DNA from: Kiritimatiellia bacterium
Lineage (GTDB): Bacteria; Verrucomicrobiota; Kiritimatiellia; PWTM01
Length of the DNA stretch: 64,000 nucleotides
Assembly (NCBI GenBank): GCA_026417735.1
Contig: JAOACR010000009.1
Location: 423,255 to 487,254 of the forward strand
Reading direction: 5' to 3'
Shown in pieces: positions 1 through 9,492 of the stretch. Within the stretch, counting starts at the first letter, position 1; the number at the start of each line of letters is the position of its first letter. The notes under the pieces are model-generated. The model was not told where the DNA came from, searched no databases, and worked only from the letters and a program-made list of their open reading frames with translations. The translations under genes were made by a program, and so were the position numbers.

Positions 1-253
1 GGCCGGTAAGGCACGCGTAGCGACTCGGTGTGCACACCGGTGAGCTGACGTGCTGGTTCGCCATCACCACACCTTCGCTCGCCAGCCGGTCGAGGTTCGG
101 GGAAAGGTAGCGACCGCGGCCCTCGGCGGTCCAACACATCTTGTCCCGGGTCATGTCATCAAGAATGATGAAGATCAGATCCGGCGGACGGGCTGGCGCG
201 GTTAGAGCGCCGGCGAACGCCACCATCACGAGCAGCTGGCGAAACAACGACAC
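1..253 (-). CDS. Sulfatase (arylsulfatase family), N-terminal part; the 3' end runs off the window.
   Basis: The minus-strand translation from GTG at 253 gives VSLFRQLLVMVAFAGALTAPARPPDLIFIILDDM...ANQHVSSPVCTPSRYACLTG. This is a signal peptide plus the C-x-P-x-R formylglycine motif of sulfatases. An in-frame TAG lies upstream at 264-266. Confidence 0.6.
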   Translation of the reverse strand, partial: MSLFRQLLVMVAFAGALTAPARPPDLIFIILDDMTRDKMCWTAEGRGRYLSPNLDRLASEGVVMANQHVSSPVCTPSRYACLTG

Positions 254-341
254 GGTGCGATCCTAGACAGGAGGCCGGAGTGTGGCAATCGGGCTGTACG
301 AGATGCCGGCGGCGCCGCTACGATCCGGGTGAGAACCGGCG

Positions 342-2057
342 GTGAGCGCATCAATGCAGCGGCGGCGAGCAGCGGCGGTCGGCCTCGCAGCGATGGTGCT
401 GCTGGCGGCGCTTTTCCTGCTGCCGCTGGCGATGGTGGTACGCGGTGGAGTGCTCGATGGCGGCCGGTTCTCACCGCGGCTCGTGCTGCGCGTTCTCTCA
501 AACCCGGTTTATGCGGAAGGACTGCGCACCAGCCTGCTGATCGCGGCGGGGACGACGATCGGTACGGTGATCATCGGCCTGCCGCTGGCATGGATCGCTT
601 CACGGCGAGAGTTTCGCGGACGGGAGACCGTCAGCGCGCTCGTGCTGCTGCCGATGCTGATGCCGCCGTTTGTCGGTGCGATCGGGCTGGAGCACATGCT
701 GGGGCGCTACGGCGCGCTCAACGCGCTGCTCGGCACGCAGGTGGACTGGCTTGAACGGTACCGGCTGGCCGGCGTGATCGCGCTGCAGACGCTCTCGCTC
801 TATCCGATTCTGTTCCTCAACGCGTCGGCGGCGCTTGCCAATGTGGATCCGGCACTGGAGGAGGCCGCCGCGACGCTGGGCGCACACGGTGTACGCCGGT
901 TCATCCGGGTAACGCTGCCCCTGATGTTCCCGGGACTGTTCGCGGGCGCCGCGATCGTGTTCATCTGGAGCTTCACGGAGCTGGGCACCCCGCTGATGCT
1001 GGGGCTTTCCCGCTGCGCTCCCGTGCAGGTCTATGACTCGCTGAAGGACATCGGCGACAACCCGGAGCCCTACGCACTGGTGCTGGTGATGCTCGCCCTC
1101 TGCATTGCACTCTACACGATCGCGCGCTGGTTCGTACGACGGTACCTGCGGGGGATGCCCTCAAAGGGCGTGAGTTCGAGCGCGCTTCCGCGCTGGACGG
1201 GCGCGCGCATGGCGGTCGCCCTCGGTCTGTTCGGACTGGTGTCGCTGGTCGCCGCGCTTCCCCACCTCGGGGTCGTGCTGACAAGCCTCTCGCAGCCTGG
1301 CGCGTGGTATCGCAGCGTGCGCCCGGCGGCATGGACGCTTTCGCATTTGCGCGAAGCATGGTCGCACGAGCTGACGCTGGTCAGCATCCGCAACAGCCTG
1401 CTCTACGCCGGCGGGGCAGTCGCGCTCGACCTGGTGCTCGCGCTGGCAATCGCGAGGGTCGTGACGCGGTCCGATCTCCGGTGGCGTGGCGTGCTGGACC
1501 TGCTGGCGACACTCCCGTTGGCGGTGCCGGGGCTGGTGATGGCGTTTGGTTTTCTCGCGCTCAGTGCGCGGCTGAGCCATGCGGCCTGGGTGCGCGAATC
1601 CAGCTGGGCGGCGCATCTCTTCGACATCCGCACCCAGCCGGCACTGTTCCTCACCCTCGCCTACGCGATTCGTCGGCTGCCCTTCATGGCGCGCGCCGCG
1701 GTGGCCGGCCTGCAGCAAACCCCGCAGGAGCTGGATGAAGCGGCAGCGACGCTGGGCGCCCGGCCGCTGTACATCCTGCGCCGCATTTCGATGCCGCTGA
1801 TTGGCAGCCATCTGCTGGCCGGTGCGCTGCTGACCTTCGCGTTCAGCGTCCTGGAAGTTTCCGACAGTCTGCTGCTGGCCCAGCGGATGGACTTCTATCC
1901 CATCACCAAGGCGATGTATGAGCTCTTTTCGTTCATCGGGGTCGGACCGCATCTGGCGGCCGCGCTGGGCGTGTGGGCGATGCTGTTTCTCGGGTTGACG
2001 CTGTTTGGCGCCAGTCGAATCATCGGTCGCCGATTTGGCGCGCTGTTCCGGGTTTGA
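342..2057 (+). CDS. Two-domain ABC transporter permease (FbpB/ThiP-like, iron(III)/thiamine-type).
   Basis: 571 aa with about 12 predicted TM helices and two BPD_transp_1-like halves. An EAA-like region is present (GAHGVRRFIRVTLPLMFPG). Confidence 0.65.
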   Translation: MSASMQRRRAAAVGLAAMVLLAALFLLPLAMVVRGGVLDGGRFSPRLVLRVLSNPVYAEGLRTSLLIAAGTTIGTVIIGLPLAWIASRREFRGRETVSALVLLPMLMPPFVGAIGLEHMLGRYGALNALLGTQVDWLERYRLAGVIALQTLSLYPILFLNASAALANVDPALEEAAATLGAHGVRRFIRVTLPLMFPGLFAGAAIVFIWSFTELGTPLMLGLSRCAPVQVYDSLKDIGDNPEPYALVLVMLALCIALYTIARWFVRRYLRGMPSKGVSSSALPRWTGARMAVALGLFGLVSLVAALPHLGVVLTSLSQPGAWYRSVRPAAWTLSHLREAWSHELTLVSIRNSLLYAGGAVALDLVLALAIARVVTRSDLRWRGVLDLLATLPLAVPGLVMAFGFLALSARLSHAAWVRESSWAAHLFDIRTQPALFLTLAYAIRRLPFMARAAVAGLQQTPQELDEAAATLGARPLYILRRISMPLIGSHLLAGALLTFAFSVLEVSDSLLLAQRMDFYPITKAMYELFSFIGVGPHLAAALGVWAMLFLGLTLFGASRIIGRRFGALFRV

Positions 2058-3119
2058 AGTCGCTCGTGCCCGCAAATACGCCGCTCCTTGCGGGGAAGCC
2101 GGTTCCGAGAGAGGGCCTCCGAAAGTGTCGGACCTGACGCGGACACCGCTCATCACGACACGCCCAGAGAGCGGCGCTCCCCGAGTGTCAGCGCGTGTTC
2201 GTCTCCGTCCCCTGCGGATGCCTATTGTGGCCGCAATATTCACAGTCCGCCCCCCGGGAGGGCGGTCTTGACCGCGCAAGGAAACGCGCCGGTAAAAACG
2301 GAACAGATGGACTGGCCGGCGCGCTCGCGCCACTGACGAGCGCCCGCTCCGCAAGCGTGCGGCTCCTGGATGACACGTTTTGCGAGCGATCGTTTGTTGC
2401 GGAAGGATCAGGCGGCCGCAAACGCCACGACCGTACCGGCCAGACAGGGCCCGCCGTGCAGGCAGTACGACGCAGACCTCAGCTTCGTCTGCAGTGCGAT
2501 GCAGAAATCCGTGAGCGCGGAATTCCGGTGATGCGCCTGCCGGTCATCCGATCGTCGTACCCTGGCGGGCCGGCGAGGACCACCGCCGCCGTGCGCCCTG
2601 TCGGCCGTCCCCAGAAAGCTACCGCCGCAAGCAGCGGCGGAAGCGCGATGGGCAGCCGGACTGAATGGCTGCGCGTCACGCGACAAGCTGTGCGGACGTG
2701 AAGACAAGATGGGCAGCTCCGCGACCGCCGCCGGATGCTTGTGCCCATCAACGCCGAATGTGGCCCGCCTCCCAGATCGCAATGATTGGAGCCGTCACCG
2801 CAGTCGCCGTCATCTCTGACGCCTACCAAGGACCACCGGCGCCAGGTCGCCGACCAGATCAGGGCCCAAATCGCGTTCCAATCGGCCCGCCGAAAGCCCA
2901 CCCGGACCATCGCCCGACTTGGCGTCTACCCGACGCGGGCTCCCGTCTCCACGCCGCCCTTCCCCGCGCAGGGCCGCTGCGGGCTCGAGACGGCCGGACG
3001 TCCGCCGTATCGTTGCGCCAGATCGGCGCCTTTCGCCGCCGAGAACAGGCGCGAGTGTGCCAAGCGTGCGGGTCCCTCTCGGCACTCGAAGGGCCCACCT
3101 ACCCGTCGCGCTGCTCAGA

Positions 3120-3929
3120 TCACGACGGGCGCGGGGACGGATGAAGCGAGTGGCGCTCGAGCAGCGCCCGTGCCACCTCGGCGGCTCGGCGGCCCGAGAA
3201 TAGCATGCCCCCGAATGTCGGCCCCATGCGGGGGATTCCAAACACGGTGCAAACGGCCATACCCGCGACGATCAGTCCCGGGAATATCTCGCCCGTCTTC
3301 TCCACCAGCACCCCTTCAGATGCGGCCACATCCATGGGACCGCATTCACTGGCCATCTTCAGCAGCCCTCGCCGCTCGAGGCTGCGCGCGACAACCGCAT
3401 CATGGCCGGTTGCATCCACAACCACCCGGGCCTCCAACGCGACAGGGTCGACACAGGTGATTTGCCGCGGCAGGGCCGCAACGGGGGACCAGTTGACCAC
3501 CACTCCCTCCGCCCGCCCATTCCGGACGACCAGGTCTTCGAATCGCGTCATGTTGAGAAACCGGACACCTGCGCGGGCCGCGGCCGAGATCAGCGTGGAG
3601 CATGCAGTGGGTCCGTCCGACACCGCCAGGCCCGGTTCCGCCCACTGATAAGGGATGCCCAGCTCCTCGAGCAGTTGCTGTGCAGGAGCTCGGAAGGTTA
3701 CCGGATTCATCAGGTAACCGCCGATCCAAAAGCCTCCGCCCAGGTAGTTGTTGTTCTCGACGACGAGCGTTTTGAACCCCCCTTTCGCCAGGTCCCGCGC
3801 GGCCACGAGACCGCTGGGCCCGCCACCCAACACGATGGCGTCGCAAACCAGATACTCGTCGAGCAATCGGTGAAACTCGCGCGCGATCGCGCGCGTGATG
3901 GAGGCTTCGTCCACGGGTGCGAATTTCAT
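3120..3929 (-). CDS. thi4: Thiamine thiazole synthase Thi4 (eukaryote/archaeal-type).
   Basis: Dinucleotide-binding motif IVLGGGPSGL and strong overall similarity to Thi4/THI4. Motifs include VVVDATGHDAV and GMAVCTVFGIPRMGPTFGGMLFSG. The start was taken at MKFAPV, which has an upstream AAAGGA RBS. Confidence 0.85.
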   Translation of the reverse strand: MKFAPVDEASITRAIAREFHRLLDEYLVCDAIVLGGGPSGLVAARDLAKGGFKTLVVENNNYLGGGFWIGGYLMNPVTFRAPAQQLLEELGIPYQWAEPGLAVSDGPTACSTLISAAARAGVRFLNMTRFEDLVVRNGRAEGVVVNWSPVAALPRQITCVDPVALEARVVVDATGHDAVVARSLERRGLLKMASECGPMDVAASEGVLVEKTGEIFPGLIVAGMAVCTVFGIPRMGPTFGGMLFSGRRAAEVARALLERHSLHPSPRPS

Positions 3930-3951
3930 GTTCATTCCTTTCTCGCTGTGC

Positions 3952-4085
3952 GCCAAACAAAAACCCCATGCCGGCGGGCATGGGGTCACCTTTCCATTCT
4001 CCCTACGCCGGCATTACCCGGATCAGGTTCAAAGGGTCTCCCGCTCTCAGCGGAACTCTCAGGCCGTCACACGGCCTCCCCTGCT
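3952..4085 (-). promoter_or_regulatory. TPP (THI-box) riboswitch with a terminator expression platform, in the 5' leader of thi4.
   Basis: The minus strand reads GGCCGUGUGACGGCCUGAGAG...ACCCUUUGAACCUGAUCCGGGUAAUGCCGGCGUAGGGA. That is the CUGAGA box plus the conserved pyrimidine/pyrophosphate-sensing core. It is followed by the hairpin CCCCAUGCCCGCCGGCAUGGGG and UUUUUGUUU just upstream of the thi4 RBS. Coordinates are accurate to about +/-2 nt. Confidence 0.8.
3953..3984 (-). terminator. Rho-independent terminator hairpin that forms the OFF-state expression platform of the TPP riboswitch.
   Basis: A perfect 8-bp GC-rich stem (CCCCATGC...GCATGGGG) followed by a T-run on the minus strand, located between the aptamer and the thi4 start. 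Confidence 0.6.
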
Positions 4086-4347
4086 GTCTGTGACAACCTA
4101 GGCGCGATCGAGGCGTTTTTCAAATCCGCGTCCCGATTTTTTTGAGCGGCCGCCAGCGGTGCGCGGATCGCCTCTCGCCTCGTCTGGTGGTCGTGCGGCC
4201 GCCCGCGGCATGTTAGGGGCCCGGTTCATGGGGTTTGCCACTGGCGTGGTCCCTTTCGGCCTCGCGCGCCCTCACAACCGTGTGCTGTGCGCGGCAGCCC
4301 AAACGCGAGTTGGCGGGCCACCCACAGCCCGCTAGGCTCAACGCCCC

Positions 4348-5268
4348 ATGCAACGGCCCTACATCGCCATGTGGCTCGGAATTCTCGTCTGCGCGACCGC
4401 CGCCAATCTGATTCAGGCCGGCCGCATGGACCCCGTCCATCTGGCCGCCGCCCGGGTCGCCATCGCGGCCGCGGCGCTGTTGCCGCTGTGGTGGCGCGAA
4501 CGACGAGGATGTGAGGGATCAACGCTGCGCACCGAGCTGCGCGCGGCGCTGTGGCCTGGCGTGTTGCTCGGCGTGCACTTCATGACCTTTTTGGCCGGCG
4601 TACGAATGACGTCGGTCGCCAACGCTACCTTGCTGGTGAACCTCGCGCCGGCGATCGTGCCCTTTTTCGCCCACGCGATTCTCCGCGAGCGCATCCGACA
4701 CGGCGAGATCGCCGGCACTGCGCTCGGCTTGATCGGCGTCGCGGTGCTCGTCGCGGGCGATTTTCACATGGACCGCCGGACGTTTTTCGGCGACCTCACA
4801 TGTCTGGGCTCCATGGTGTTCTTCGCGGCCTACCTGGTGCTTGGCCGCGCGCGACGGCAAGGGGCGGGGCTCTGGTCCTACGTCGTACCTCTCTATGCGA
4901 TCGCCACGCTCACGTGCCTTCCCGTCGCGATGCTCCGCAGCTCTCCGCCCGACCTGGACCTCCGCCGAGAAATGTTGATCGCGCTCGCACTCGGTCTCGG
5001 ACCGACCGTGATCGGACACAGCGCGCTGCTCTACGCCGTGCGCTTCCTTCGCTCCCAAACGGTCACACTCGCAAATCTTACCCAGTTCATTTTCGCCGGT
5101 CTGCTCGCGTGGGCGCTGACCGGCGAATTGCCGCGGCCGCGGTTCTATCCGGCCGCCGTGTTGCTGGTGGCCGGCGCCGTGGTGGCGATCAGGTCCGCTG
5201 CGGTAGCAACGACACCGATCCCAGCCAGATCCCTCCGCAACACCCCAAATCATGGTTCGTCCTCTTGA
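4348..5268 (+). CDS. EamA/DMT-family transporter (10 TM helices).
   Basis: A hydrophobic protein with the duplicated EamA-like 5+5 TM architecture, transcribed divergently from the thi4 leader. Confidence 0.6.
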   Translation: MQRPYIAMWLGILVCATAANLIQAGRMDPVHLAAARVAIAAAALLPLWWRERRGCEGSTLRTELRAALWPGVLLGVHFMTFLAGVRMTSVANATLLVNLAPAIVPFFAHAILRERIRHGEIAGTALGLIGVAVLVAGDFHMDRRTFFGDLTCLGSMVFFAAYLVLGRARRQGAGLWSYVVPLYAIATLTCLPVAMLRSSPPDLDLRREMLIALALGLGPTVIGHSALLYAVRFLRSQTVTLANLTQFIFAGLLAWALTGELPRPRFYPAAVLLVAGAVVAIRSAAVATTPIPARSLRNTPNHGSSS

Positions 5269-5901
5269 CCCCGCGACGGGCAGGGGCAGGCTGTCGCCAA
5301 GAGGCGATTCAAATCAGAAAGCAACTGACATTCTGGAGTGCCACTGGCGCCCTCGGCGTGGCGTCGGCGGCAGACGCGCTGGTGGAGGTGTCGGGCGCTG
5401 GCTCCCAGATCCGCACCGAGGCCGCAAGTGGCATGGTGTGTACCGCTCGCCGCAAGCGACCGCCCACGCCCCCGCCAATTCCGAAGCCGCCGCCCCGGCG
5501 GCCGGTTCTCCGCGCCCCCCGGGCAACCCGCCGTTTCTCAAGCGCCACGGGTTTACCCGAGAGAGGTCGGCTGGACCTCGCGAAATCCTCTGTCGACCGC
5601 ACCGCCGGTCCGCGGCCGGCCGAGTGATTCTGGCTTGCGCGGCGGTTGTCCGGAGACAAGGCGGCCGACCTCCCGGCACCGCGCCGGCGCAAAGGATGTT
5701 GCCGGAGTTTGTGACCCGTCGGACCAACGCCGTCACTGGCGCGCGGCGCCCTTTGAGTCATTGCGTCGCCGAAATGCTGCGCATCGCCGGCGGCGGCTTC
5801 CTCACGAGTCCGTCACCACGCCGGGCTGAGCTTTGCGAAGAGGTTCCGATCGTCCCGGCCGGAGCGATTGCGTCAGCGTCGAGAGCGAAGCCGTTCGAGC
5901 C

Positions 5902-7068
5902 TTAGGGTCGCCGGCCCGGCACCGGCACGGTCTCCCGGCCCAGCGATTGTGGGGAATACCGCTGGAAGATGACCCGCCCCGAGGGGTCCACGATGCTCGC
6001 AATCAGACCGTGGAAGTCATGGCCCGAAAAGTTTCTGGTACTGCCGATCTGTGTCACTGTCCGCGTTTCGGACATCACCAGTTCGATGCCCTTGAGGTCG
6101 AAGGTGCGGCTTTCCTGCCGTCGCATTGCGGGCAGTTTGATTTCCTCACTCGCGTGGAAGCTTCGCACCCCATCCACCAAACCCCGCTTGAAGTACTCCA
6201 CCACCAGCCGGCAATCGGCGGGCAACTCCGCGTTGCGGGTCGTCAGCGTCACCTGAAAACGGTAGAGCACCGGGCCGGCAACGGTATGGGACTGCCCAAG
6301 TTTTGGCGCGCCCTGAGTTCGGCTCTGATGCATCCGGCTGCGGTCTTCCGTGACGGTGATGTCCAGCGCGTAGCCCATCGCGCGATCGGCGTCCTCGTCG
6401 GCCGGTCCCGCCAGTCGCAACCGGCGTTTGTCAGCAGTTCCGACGGTGGCGGGCAGAGGATTCGCATCAGCCGGAAGGGGCGGGGGCGGCGTTGCGCTGG
6501 CCGCCAGCGCCGCGCGCACGCGAGGATGGGACACGACCCGGTCCCGTTCCGTATCGTACGCGGAGAGCACCTCCGACTCCGCGCCTGCGCGCGCTTGGGC
6601 GATCACCTGCAAGTGCCGCGCGGCCGTTTCCACGATTTCGACCTCCACCGCGTAGAGCTCGTTTTTCATCTGGGCGGAGACCTGCGCGACCAGCGCCGCC
6701 CACTCGCCGGGGGAGCGGGCCGCCTCGGGAGCCGGCAGGGTCCGCTCTCGCTCGAACCGCAAGATTTCATCGTGGACGGCCACCATGTCTCGCAGCCGAC
6801 CGGCGGACTGGAGGACCCAGCGCAAATCGCGAAGCATCGAGAGGTACGCCGCGCCCCAAACCATCGCAATCTGCGAAGCTCGCGCGTCCAGCTCCTGCAG
6901 TCGGCGGTCGAACTCGGTGCGGCTGCGCTCCACGTCCCCGGAGGACACCGGTGCCGGAGCAGATACGGACGCGGACGCGACCGACCCGGTTGCGGCCGCG
7001 GTCAGGGCTGTGGACGTGCTCGCCCCCGCCCCGGCTGCCAGCGCGAGCGCACAGAGCGGCCAGCTCAT
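5902..7068 (-). CDS. Hypothetical secreted protein with a predicted coiled-coil region.
   Basis: An N-terminal signal-like segment (MSWPLCALALAAGAGAS), a central heptad-like region, and codon usage with high GC3. No family was recognised. Confidence 0.45.
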   Translation of the reverse strand: MSWPLCALALAAGAGASTSTALTAAATGSVASASVSAPAPVSSGDVERSRTEFDRRLQELDARASQIAMVWGAAYLSMLRDLRWVLQSAGRLRDMVAVHDEILRFERERTLPAPEAARSPGEWAALVAQVSAQMKNELYAVEVEIVETAARHLQVIAQARAGAESEVLSAYDTERDRVVSHPRVRAALAASATPPPPLPADANPLPATVGTADKRRLRLAGPADEDADRAMGYALDITVTEDRSRMHQSRTQGAPKLGQSHTVAGPVLYRFQVTLTTRNAELPADCRLVVEYFKRGLVDGVRSFHASEEIKLPAMRRQESRTFDLKGIELVMSETRTVTQIGSTRNFSGHDFHGLIASIVDPSGRVIFQRYSPQSLGRETVPVPGRRP

Positions 7069-7173
7069 CGCCCGAACGATACCGCCCGGCCGCCGCGATG
7101 TCCACGAACCGCGAGCACCGCGCTCGACACGGCCAGCGGAAACCGGTACATCGCGCCGCCGGGAGCGATCGCG

Positions 7174-8529
7174 ATGGTGTGGCGGTTATGGCTGGCGCCG
7201 GCGATCGGCGTCGCGTTGCTGCTGGTGCTGATCCTGCGCTGGCGGGTGCAAGCTTTTTTGGCGCTCATCATTGCCAGCGTCGCAGTGGGCTTCGTTGCCG
7301 GCATGCCGCCCGCCGCGCTGCTGACCAGCATGCAGAACGGTATGGGCAACACCCTCGGTTTTGTCGCCACTGTGGTCGGACTCGGCGCGATGCTCGGACA
7401 GGTGCTCGAATCGTCCGGCGGTGCCCACGCGCTCGCGATGGCGCTGGTGCGGCGGTGGGGAACGGCGCGCGCGCCGCTCGCGCTGATGCTCGCCGGCTTC
7501 TGCATCGCGATTCCGGTGTTCTTTGACGTCGGCTTCATCATCCTCGTGCCGGTGCTCACCGCGCTCGCCGGCGCAACCGGCCGTTCGATTCTGCAGTACG
7601 CCATTCCGCTGCTCGCCGGCCTCGCGGTGACCCACAGCTTCGTGCCGCCCACGCCTGGACCCGTGGCAGTCGCGGAGATTTTGAAGGCCGACCTCGGCTG
7701 GGTCATTGCGCTGGGAATCGTGACGGGGTTGCCCACGGCGCTGGTGGCCGGCCCGCTGTTCGGGGGATGGATCGCGAAACGGGTGGTCGTCGCGCCGCCG
7801 CCCACTGCGGTCAACCCCACGGCACTGGAGGGAGCGCGCGACGGCGAACCACCGTGGACGACGGTCGCGGGAATCCTTGCGATGCCGTTGGTGCTGATTG
7901 TTGCCAACACCGCGGGCCAGCTGCTCGTGAAGCGCGGCGTGTGGTCGCCGGGATGGTTGCCGGCGACGGTGAGCTTCGTCGGCCACCCGTTCGTCGCGCT
8001 GCTGGTGGCGACGCTGACGGCAGTGTATGTGCTGGGTGTTCGCCGCGGGCGCACCGGCGCGGAGATGATGGAGCTCTGTGTGCGTTCGCTCGCGCCAGCG
8101 GGCGTCATCATTCTCATCACGGGCGCCGGCGGCATGCTGAAACAGGTGCTGGTGGACAGCGGCGTTGGGTCGGAGCTGGCCCGGCTGTTCGGACGGCTCG
8201 CGCTGCCGCCGATCGTGCTGGGCTGGCTGCTGGCCGCCGCGGTGCGCATCGCGCAGGGCTCCTCCACCGTCGCCATGATCACCGCCGCGGGTATCCTCGC
8301 ACCGATGGTCGAGCAGTCGGCGATGTCCCCCCCGCATCGCGCACTGACGGTGCTGGCCATCGCGGCCGGGGCGACGATCCTCTCCCATGTGAACGACAGC
8401 GGGTTCTGGCTGGTGGGTCGGTACTGCGGTCTCACCGAACGACAGACCCTGCAGTCGTGGACCGTGATGGAAACGATCATCGCGGTCGCGGGGCTGGCCA
8501 TGGTGCTCCTCGCCAGCCTGATCGTGTGA
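7174..8529 (+). CDS. gntP: GntP-family permease (gluconate:H+ symporter family).
   Basis: 451 aa with 12-13 TM helices and typical GntP segments (MVWRLWLAPAIGVALLLVLILRW..., GFIILVPV, HVNDSGFWLV). The start was chosen inside the 898-aa table ORF, whose N-terminal half is antisense to the neighbouring gene. Confidence 0.8.
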   Translation: MVWRLWLAPAIGVALLLVLILRWRVQAFLALIIASVAVGFVAGMPPAALLTSMQNGMGNTLGFVATVVGLGAMLGQVLESSGGAHALAMALVRRWGTARAPLALMLAGFCIAIPVFFDVGFIILVPVLTALAGATGRSILQYAIPLLAGLAVTHSFVPPTPGPVAVAEILKADLGWVIALGIVTGLPTALVAGPLFGGWIAKRVVVAPPPTAVNPTALEGARDGEPPWTTVAGILAMPLVLIVANTAGQLLVKRGVWSPGWLPATVSFVGHPFVALLVATLTAVYVLGVRRGRTGAEMMELCVRSLAPAGVIILITGAGGMLKQVLVDSGVGSELARLFGRLALPPIVLGWLLAAAVRIAQGSSTVAMITAAGILAPMVEQSAMSPPHRALTVLAIAAGATILSHVNDSGFWLVGRYCGLTERQTLQSWTVMETIIAVAGLAMVLLASLIV

Positions 8530-8596
8530 TGTGAGCGAAACGCGCGGTCCTCGAGACCCGCGTCTGCTCGGAACAGAAAACCCGAAAGAAGATTGA

Positions 8597-9346
8597 CGGC
8601 ATATCGCGTGGTACAAGTTTGACGAGGGCAGCGGCACGGGTTCCGCCAACTCGGGCACGGCCGGAAGCGCGGGCAATCTGAGTTTTCAGGGCTCCGCAGC
8701 GTTTTCGCCGGCGGCCACGGGCTACTCCCTGGACAACCGCACCGGTTCGACGATGGGCGGTTCGGGTGGCGGCGCGCAGACCGCGGTCAGTTTTGACGCG
8801 CTGGACAACCTGACCGCGATGACCATTACGGGTTGGTACAAATCCGACGGCGCGTTTGCGGGCCTTGCGCGACTAGTCGACCGTGCTGCGCCGACTGTTG
8901 GTGCGGGTGAGTGGTCACTGTATTTTGATCCGACGCCGGGCCGGCTGCAGCTGAACCTTGGAGGCACCACCTTCTTCAACACCACAGGAGACTATTGGCA
9001 GACGAACAAATGGATTTTCTTCGCGGTTCGGTTCGTCGGAAGCTCCTCGGTGAACTTCTTCATTGGCGACACGAACACCACCGCCTCCCTGCTGAGCTCA
9101 ACCGGCGGCCCCGTCCCCGCAAACCTAGGTGACGGAACGAGGAAGCTGACGGTTGGTAACCGCGAGAACCTCGGCCGGGCGTTCAAAGGGTGTATTGACG
9201 ATGTCCGGATCTACGACGAGGCGATTTCGGACACCAACATCGAGGCGATCCGGGTCGAGGGAATCCCCGAGCCGGGTACGATTGGTCTGCTCAGCCTGAG
9301 CTCGGTTCTGCTGATCGCACGGCGCCATCGCTGGCGCGAGCGCTGA
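8597..9346 (+). pseudogene. LamG-like (concanavalin A-like) domain protein with a C-terminal PEP-CTERM sorting signal; 5'-truncated, with no start codon or signal peptide.
   Basis: The reading frame opens immediately after a TGA at 8594-8596 and reads WYKFDEGSGTGSANSGTAGSAGNLSFQG..., a typical LamG N-terminal region. There is no ATG/GTG/TTG until Met at 8753. The C-terminus IPEPGTIGLLSLSSVLLIARRHRWRER is a PEP-CTERM anchor. Confidence 0.5.
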
Positions 9347-9492
9347 ACCGCCGGTGCCCGCGGTCGCGTTCGAGAGACCCTCGCGTACAGGATCTAAGTT
9401 CCGAGCGCTCCCGCGGGGATGGCGTGTATCCGCAATTCGCTTCGAGGTCTTGGCCGCGATGGAATCCCCCGGTTGCCCCGCCTGCCGACATC

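Noticed and set aside
1161-2354. A 397-aa minus-strand ORF, and many similar long Arg/Pro/Ala/Gly-rich ORFs. Examples are 7186..8676 -, 23033..24151 -, 34183..35502 -, 43923..45392 + and 44464..46341 +.
   Set aside because: They have compositionally biased translations (polyR/H/Q/G) and are antisense or offset to genes with clear homology.

This is expected from a roughly 70% GC sequence with rare stop codons in non-coding frames.
5833-7173. The N-terminal 447 codons of the 898-aa plus-strand ORF ending in GntP.
   Set aside because: This part is Arg/Gly-rich with no protein-like features, and it is antisense to the better-supported 388-aa minus-strand gene. GntP homology begins at MVWRLWL (7174).
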